Source: Octopus vulgaris
Lineage: Eukaryota
Direction: 5' to 3'
Assembly (NCBI GenBank): GCA_951406725.2
Contig: OX597816.1
Span: 92,566,001-92,630,000, forward strand
DNA length: 64,000 nucleotides
Under the pieces are notes generated by a model that ran no database searches, was not told where the DNA came from, and saw nothing but the letters and a program-made list of their open reading frames with translations. Both the position numbers and the translations under genes were made by a program. Below, one piece after another: positions 57,034 through 64,000 of this stretch. Positions within the stretch are counted from its first letter, which is position 1. Each line of letters opens with the position of its first letter.

Positions 57034-57133
57034 AAGCTCATATGAGATAGAACTCCCTGATTTTCGGTACTTTGGACTTATTATTACAAGTTAAAATTGC
57101 CGAATATCAGGGAGTTCTATATCATAAGCGCTT
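57034..57133. other. 100-nt hairpin (pre-miRNA-like or mini-MITE)
   Basis: 46-nt arms with 38 Watson-Crick and 2 G-U pairs, 8-nt loop. Confidence 0.6.
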
Positions 57134-57225
57134 CATATTGTTTCGCCTTGTGATGTTAGAGGTTAACTTCTATTCTAATTCATATTGCTTCACTTTGTGA
57201 TGTTAAAAGTCAACTTCTATTTTAA
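57132..57225 (+). repeat. Two-copy 47-bp tandem duplication
   Basis: TTCATATTG(T/C)TTC(GC/AC)...TTGTGATGTTA...AACTTCTATT.TAA repeated twice. Confidence 0.8.
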
Positions 57226-58040
57226 TATACAGTGTTCGGAGATTCTGAAGCGTATTCTGTGCTTTTGAAATATTTAGCAGTTTTGTGAGGAACTGTCAAT
57301 GCTTAGACACGCGAGGTTGATATGCAATATAGAAAAAGAAATTGTCTAGAAAAACTTTCATAAGTGTTTTGATTATCTCTTCTAAGACGGTATCACGTGT
57401 TACCCCCAAGGAATTCACGTCAGCTTAATCAAATGAATTTGATACAAAACACAGCCATTACGACATATACATTTCTTGTTTTGTACGCACTGTTTGATTT
57501 AACTTAGCATCATAATGGTAGCGCTGCTATAATAATGTCAACTGTACTGTTGTGGTTACGATACTTTGCAATTATGGCAATATAGTAGTGAAAAGAAATT
57601 TAAGATTAAATATCCTGCACAGTTTAAAATATTGTTGTATCAGAGTGGATTCATCTATAGCTTACTATTATTAAGTCTGCACTTTTTATATATCACCGAT
57701 GTTGGCTGCGTACGCAGCAGTGTGACCGATGCGGTTTTATGTGATGAAAACTCAATGTTTATTTTTTTAATGCTTTGAGTATCTAAAGTTATTACCTAAG
57801 ACATTGTAGTTTTTATTCTTGGTTGCAGCCTATGCTTCTTAAGAATCCCTTACGATTAAATATTTGACTTGTGTGGCAGCTTACCAGAGGCGACATGTAC
57901 GTGACACAGAAGCTTCTTGTATTTCTTCTTTGAAGGAAGCAAAAGCAAGTAGCCTAAAAAATATGAGGCGAAATCTAGAAATGTGACCGAATGTGTATGT
58001 GTGTATGCTATGTATGTAAAATATGAATATGTATGTGTAA

Positions 58041-58092
<52 letters not shown>

Positions 58093-59315
58093 ATATGTAT
58101 ATATATATGTATACACACACACATTTATATATATATGTATGTATATATATTCACTTTATACTAATGTTATCAACGCTTACTCATTTTAATATCTATCACT
58201 TCTTATCTTAACTCACCATTCTTTATATCATAAAACTTGTTGCTATTTTCCATTTTATCTATTGAATCTTTCTCTGTAAATATTTAAAATATATTTAGCT
58301 TTATCTTTTAAACTGATATACAAGATGACAGTATTAAGAATATATTTGATGGCAAGAAATTTAGAACCAGCTAGATTGTAACTTGATAAAACAAGGACTT
58401 CTCTTTCTAAAATACCGCGATTCATGATGCATACCTTTGGTTGGTTACCTTCAAAGAGATCTATACATAAAATAGATTTGAATACAGACAATGTAGACTA
58501 ATTTTAAAATTTCCTTCCATCCGTTGTCAAGTGACACACACGCACGCACGCGCGCGCGAACACACACGCGCACACACATAAACACGATTCTGAGAAAAAT
58601 CTATGAATAAAAATAGTTTCCTCATTTTTATATAAAAGAAATTGCATAAAGCTGAAACTATAAAATTTCTCTGTGTCGTATAACCAATATTATACTTTAG
58701 TTTCGACTATCTTATCGTTAAATTATTTAAAATCAATGGTTGGTTTTGAAATTTATTCATATATTCTAAAGGATATGAATAAAATTTATTTAATTTTCCA
58801 TCCAGAAATGATACGACTCACTGAACATATTTCCTCGATAAGTATTTCTCCAAAAGAAATGTTGCACATTTCGATTGCTTTGCTAGAAGCTAACTTGCAA
58901 AATATATCCAATTCGTTAAAATTTCTGTTTGAAGGTAGAAAATATATTACACTTCCACACACTCATGTATGTGTATATATATATATATATTTATAAGTAT
59001 GTATGTATATGTGTGAGTGTGTGTGCATGTATGTAAGTAGATGTGTGTGTGTGGTTGTAGGTTCCTTTTTCTGATATTTAGATCGAGGAAATAGACAGTC
59101 TCCTTGGGGACCTTCCCATACAAGTTGAGTATTTAACTTGAAGATTTGGCTCCACAAATAAAAGAAAGGCCGTTGGTGCAATACGTTCTAACTTACCTGT
59201 AGAAAAGGATGAAAACAATTTAAAAAATGGGTGAAACAAATTAAACCGATTTCTTGTGTACCGTGCTAATGTTATAAGAATTTTATGAAAACATACAGCT
59301 TCTGAATTATGCAAT

Positions 59316-59520
59316 TTATTTACATTATTTACATTGGATGGATATGCGTCCTCATCTTGTTTGTTGTTGCCACGACGTTTTGGCTGATTTACTCTCCAGG
59401 CTTTATCAGGAATTTTGAAGTCAACCTTGTGGCAACAGCAAACAAAATGAGGACACATATCTGCCCAATGTAAATAATGTAAATAATGTACAGAATTTCT
59501 CATCTCTAAAATATAGAACA
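59316..59520. mobile_element. Foldback element with a decayed hammerhead in its loop
   Basis: Arms 59316-59373 and 59429-59486. Minus strand of the loop reads CTGATAA-a-gcctg...cagcc-AAAA-cg-TC-gtg, with two core substitutions. Confidence 0.6.
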
Positions 59521-60634
59521 CTATGCTATTTACTGCTTAGCACGCTTCAGCAAATACTTTACTGATTTGCATAAACAAGAATCCGTGTTCATGTGAGATT
59601 CATCGGTCCAGCGGGATAGCTTTGACCACGGAAACACATAACAAGTTAGATACCCTGCAATGTCTCCACGTCCCTTTACACCAGTAAACTGCGTATGCTA
59701 TGAATATACATCATCTATAGGGAAGAGGTGTTTCTCCGATGACGAAAATCAACAGCGATCATATCTTCATATTCGTAACTGCCAGAATGAATTAAGAATG
59801 AATAGATACGTTGATATTTCGTGAAGCGGCGTAGCATATTCAGTAGGTAATATTCGTGGAGAAAAAGAGTATTCTGGGTAGACAGCATACAAAATTTTAG
59901 TGAGGTAGCATCCAGATTAGAGGGTAAATGGTATAATGTTATTGTAGTGAAATAATAGTTCTGACTTGAGCGTAGTTGACTGCTGAATGAAGATCCTGAT
60001 AACAGTATTTTAGTGAAGTTGTACTTTGAAAAACTACTTGTTGTTCAATGCAAGGCAAGACGCAATTGAGAAAACCTGTAATCAGGAGCATTGGAGATAA
60101 GCCATCAAAGTCTATTGTAGATCTAATGTATCTTTCAGTTTTGAATTAGTATTTGCGTGATTAGAGAGATTTATATTTCGAGTAACTGCGTAGGGTCTCC
60201 ATTGTTGGTTCATAAAGTAGCTACTATGAAGCCCAGGTCAGTTCTAAACGTGTAGTCCTCTGACACTCGAGTTATTCGATCAAAACATGCAGGGTGATCC
60301 AGAGATATATCATTTCAGTCATATGTCGCCGTTTAGTTAGAGGTCACATTTCACAGACATATGCTGCAATGAATCATATGGGGTTTACTGTACTTGCTGT
60401 AGAGTCCAATCAGTTTTTAGATCTCTGTAGATTTTTGTGTAAAGTGGAGAGTAGATGAATGGATATACTTAGCAGGGAATAATTAACAGCTGTTCCAGTT
60501 CTTCTGCTGATGTAATAAATATCAGCACAGAATTTCGCTGTTGAGGCTAATGGTGCTGTAGCTATTTCTGTGTGAACGTGTTCCGGCCGAATAAAAGAGG
60601 TGGTGTTTGTAGGATGTACTATTGCTCTGGGAAG

Positions 60635-60682
<48 letters not shown>

Positions 60683-60959
60683 ATACGCTATAACATAATA
60701 CATATGTAAATATGAGTGTATATATTACATTATATATATACGTGTATATATATATAAATTGTGTGTATGTGTGTGTGTATATATACATTATGTGTGTTTA
60801 ACTCCACAAACTCGTAAATTCAATTCAGCATGGCTTTCGCTGTGGCAGGGAGTGTCTAACACAGCTCTTACATCACATTGAGGATATACTTAAAGCCTTG
60901 GGAACAGGTTCGAACTCAGGTTCAACAGGGTTGACCATGAAAACTTCTACACTGGATTG

Positions 60960-62070
60960 AGTATTTCCTGTCGAATAGAACACAATATGTTGTGGGCGAT
61001 GGAGTCCTCTCAAGCCCAGCCAAAGCCACCAGTGGTGCCCCTCAGGGGACTGTCTTGGGTCCATTCTTCTTTATAATCTACACAAATGACCTTTCCAGCA
61101 TCGTAAATCACTGCAAATTGAAAATATTTGCTGATGAGACAAAGCTTCAACAGATCATCAATGAAGAAGAAGACCGAACTCAAATCCAGTCTGATCTCTA
61201 TGCGGTGAGTCAATGAGCAGACAAAAACAAAATGCAACTAAACAAGGGAAAATTTGAGCTGATGCATTTTGGAAGAAAGACTATACTAAAACAGCCATAC
61301 TCTCTTCCTTCAGGGAAACTGCTCACAGCATCTAATAATATCAGAGACCTAGGAGTAATTGTTGGTAACAATCTCAGTTGGAGTGCCCACATCAACAATA
61401 AAGTCGATATAGCTCGTATGATGAGCTCCTGGATCTTAAGACCCTTCCGGTCCAGAGAATTAGGTGTCATCATTCCACTTTTGTCCTCCTATGTACGGCC
61501 ACACCTCGAATACTGCTGCCCCATGTGGTCTCCCAATACAAAGCAAAATATCTCGAAAATTGAATCACCCCAGAGGGCACTCACTAAACGAATTAAGAGC
61601 ATGACCGATCTCGATTACTGGGACCGCCTTAAAGCCTTGAAACTCTACTCTCTCCAGCGCCGTCGCGAGCGGTATATCATTTGCACGATGGGGAGAATAT
61701 ACCGCCAGCATTGCTCAAACGGCCTGAACCTTAATTTCAAGGTTCATCCAAGGCTGGGACCTTAGGACATACGTCCCTTGCGCAATTCAAGACGGATCAC
61801 AACATATAGGTACACTGCGACACAATTTCTTTTTCTCAACGAGTTCTTCCCTGTTTAGCATTGTCCCAAAACTGATCAAAGAGGGAAAGGATCCCATCAC
61901 CTTTAAACGGAGTCTGGACAAATTTCTTCAAGGAATACCAGGTAAGTCACCTATACCTGGATACAACTCACTACTAAAACTTGACTTAAAAAGGATTTAG
62001 ATAATCATATCAGGTGGTGCTATTAAGTTAGACATTGCCTGGACCGATCTTTGGTCGAAGTATATCTAAG
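60960..62070 (+). mobile_element. 5'-truncated CR1-group LINE (RT C-terminal half plus 3' UTR), decayed
   Basis: SGAPQGTVLGPFFFIIYTNDL, KIFADETKL, IRDLGVIV, YVRPHLEYCCPMWSP and LKALKLYSLQRRRER. Confidence 0.92.
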
Positions 62071-62179
62071 TTATATATATATATACGTTTCAATATATAT
62101 GTATATGTATGTATTTATGTATGTATGTATGTATGTATGTATGTATGTATGTATGTATGTATGTATGTATATATGTATG

Positions 62180-62212
<33 letters not shown>

Positions 62213-62339
62213 GTATGTATATATATGTATACGTATATATATATATGTATACGTATATATATATATATGTGTACGCGCGTGTTAGTGTTTGTGCGTGTGA
62301 TTGTATGCGAGCGTTAGGAGGCGATATTTAGGAGATAAT

Positions 62340-63375
62340 GGCTGTAAGGAATGGAACACTTCTAGGTGTGTTGTTTTATTGTTCATAGATATTTGCTTCG
62401 TTGTGTAGGCAGTCACTAAGTTTGGTGTGTATAAATCCTTTTACGATGCCAAATGTGAGTGTAGGCTATGTATAACGTCTCATGATATAAAGTGCACTGC
62501 TTTCTTTCTGTCTTTCATTTCTTTTTTGCTTTATATAGTTTATTATGGAGAGATTAAGGGAACCATGAAGAATGAACCCTGGTATTGCAGTGCGACTATA
62601 TTGTCTTAGAAAATCATTGTGGCATAATGCGTGTTGTGTCGTTGCTGTTGCTTTTTGGTGATGCTGCCACTAATTATTGTGAAGTACTATTTTATTGTTA
62701 GTTTTATTGCTTATGTTGGGTACAAAGGTTTTCTAGCCTTTTTGTTTCCTTCAGTTTATTTCCTTGTCTAGTTTGGTGCTGAGTTATACTTTGGTTGTGT
62801 GCACTTTTGGCGTGTTGTGTTTGAAGTTGTATTTAATTTCTATGAACTTGTCTATTTCTGGTGTATAATTGGGGTTTTATTTTTATGTCTCTTTGTGCGT
62901 TATGATTTTTTGGATGTGTCTATAATTATTTAGTTAAGTATATGTGCTGCAGTGTTTATATTAGTGACTATTGGTGTTGTTGAGTTCATTTAATTGTGCT
63001 TTTTGAAGTTCATAGAACTGTTTTAGTTTTCTTCATTGATGTGATAATATGTTGTCCTAATAATTGATAGGTGATCTAGCAACGTTGGAGAATATTTTGT
63101 CAAGTTAGGTTAGGGGAGAAGAAGGTGATGTCTGGGAAAAGTGTTATAGTAGTTGACTTCTTTAGGGATAACTCCGTGTTGCTGATGGATTGTTTAGAAT
63201 ATGAAAGTAATTTATTTGCGGCGATATTGTTAGTTATATTACATCTTTTGATACCCACAATATATAAAAATCAGGACATTTGTGTGCATTGATGTGTCTT
63301 GCAAATATAGTATTTGTAAAGTGGCGTAGTTAGAGTCTATAATCTGAAGAGACAGCTAGTGATGAAGCTAAATGA
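62340..63375. mobile_element. Decayed, strand-biased retroelement remnant, possibly PLE
   Basis: Strong A/C bias on the minus strand, bounded by TA microsatellites, weak CTGAAGA...GAAG motif at ~63344. No clear protein motif. Confidence 0.3.
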
Positions 63376-63603
63376 CATTATATATATATAAATATGTATA
63401 CACATATTTATATATATATGCATATATGTTTGTGTATATATATATATATGTATATGTATATATATATGCATGTATGTATATATGTATATATATATATATG
63501 TATATGTATATATATATGTATGTATATGTATATATATGTATACGTATATATATATATAATCAATATATATATATATATATATATGAACGGCCTATATATT
63601 GTT

Positions 63604-63647
<44 letters not shown>

Positions 63648-63654
63648 GTATACG

Positions 63655-63696
<42 letters not shown>

Positions 63697-64000
63697 GTGT
63701 GTGTGTGTGTGTGTGTGTGTACGTCCATTGCAAAGGCCATATTTTATATTCACATTCTAATGTAAGTTTCTAAATAGCCTGTCTAGTATTATTTGAGTAA
63801 AATTTGAGTAAAATGCTCGCTGTAATATTTTCTAAGAGTATGTTGACTAAAGTGTTGATACATGGACATCGTATGTGATGATAAAAATTCTAGTTCATAA
63901 AAATGTTTTCATTACAGTTAATATCATGGAATGCAGAATTTTTAATATTCCTTTGTCTTCCTTTTTGTGTATAAGGCACTTGTTAAATGTATAGTGCGTA

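Noticed and set aside
61131-61150. CTGATGA hammerhead box
   Set aside because: It encodes the RT motif FADE in the CR1 fragment, and no stem II or GAAA follows.

Overview
AT-rich, microsatellite-dense animal genomic DNA. The SINE families and repeat landscape suggest a coleoid cephalopod (Octopus-like), which is an inference. I found no intact protein-coding gene; most ORF-track entries are microsatellite artefacts or decayed transposon ORFs. The window is a mosaic of mobile DNA: a full-length but inactivated mariner, degenerate mariner, Tc1 and Tigger copies, non-autonomous Helitrons (one with three stacked 5' ends), R4/Dong-type RLE LINE fragments in (TAA)n tracts, CR1-group LINE fragments, a Penelope-like (PLE) ORF fragment, tRNA-derived SINEs and several foldback elements. 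The most striking item is at 47261-48387. It is a ~457-bp non-coding unit, present in tandem plus one inverted copy that is one circularly permuted turn of the unit, and it sits in (TA)n. It carries three intact minimal type I hammerhead ribozymes (HHR), so it is a candidate retrozyme or circular-RNA retroelement. Degenerate or variant hammerhead motifs recur in several other foldback families. A few weak minus-strand exon-like segments and a possible recursive splice site hint at a host gene or pseudogene.
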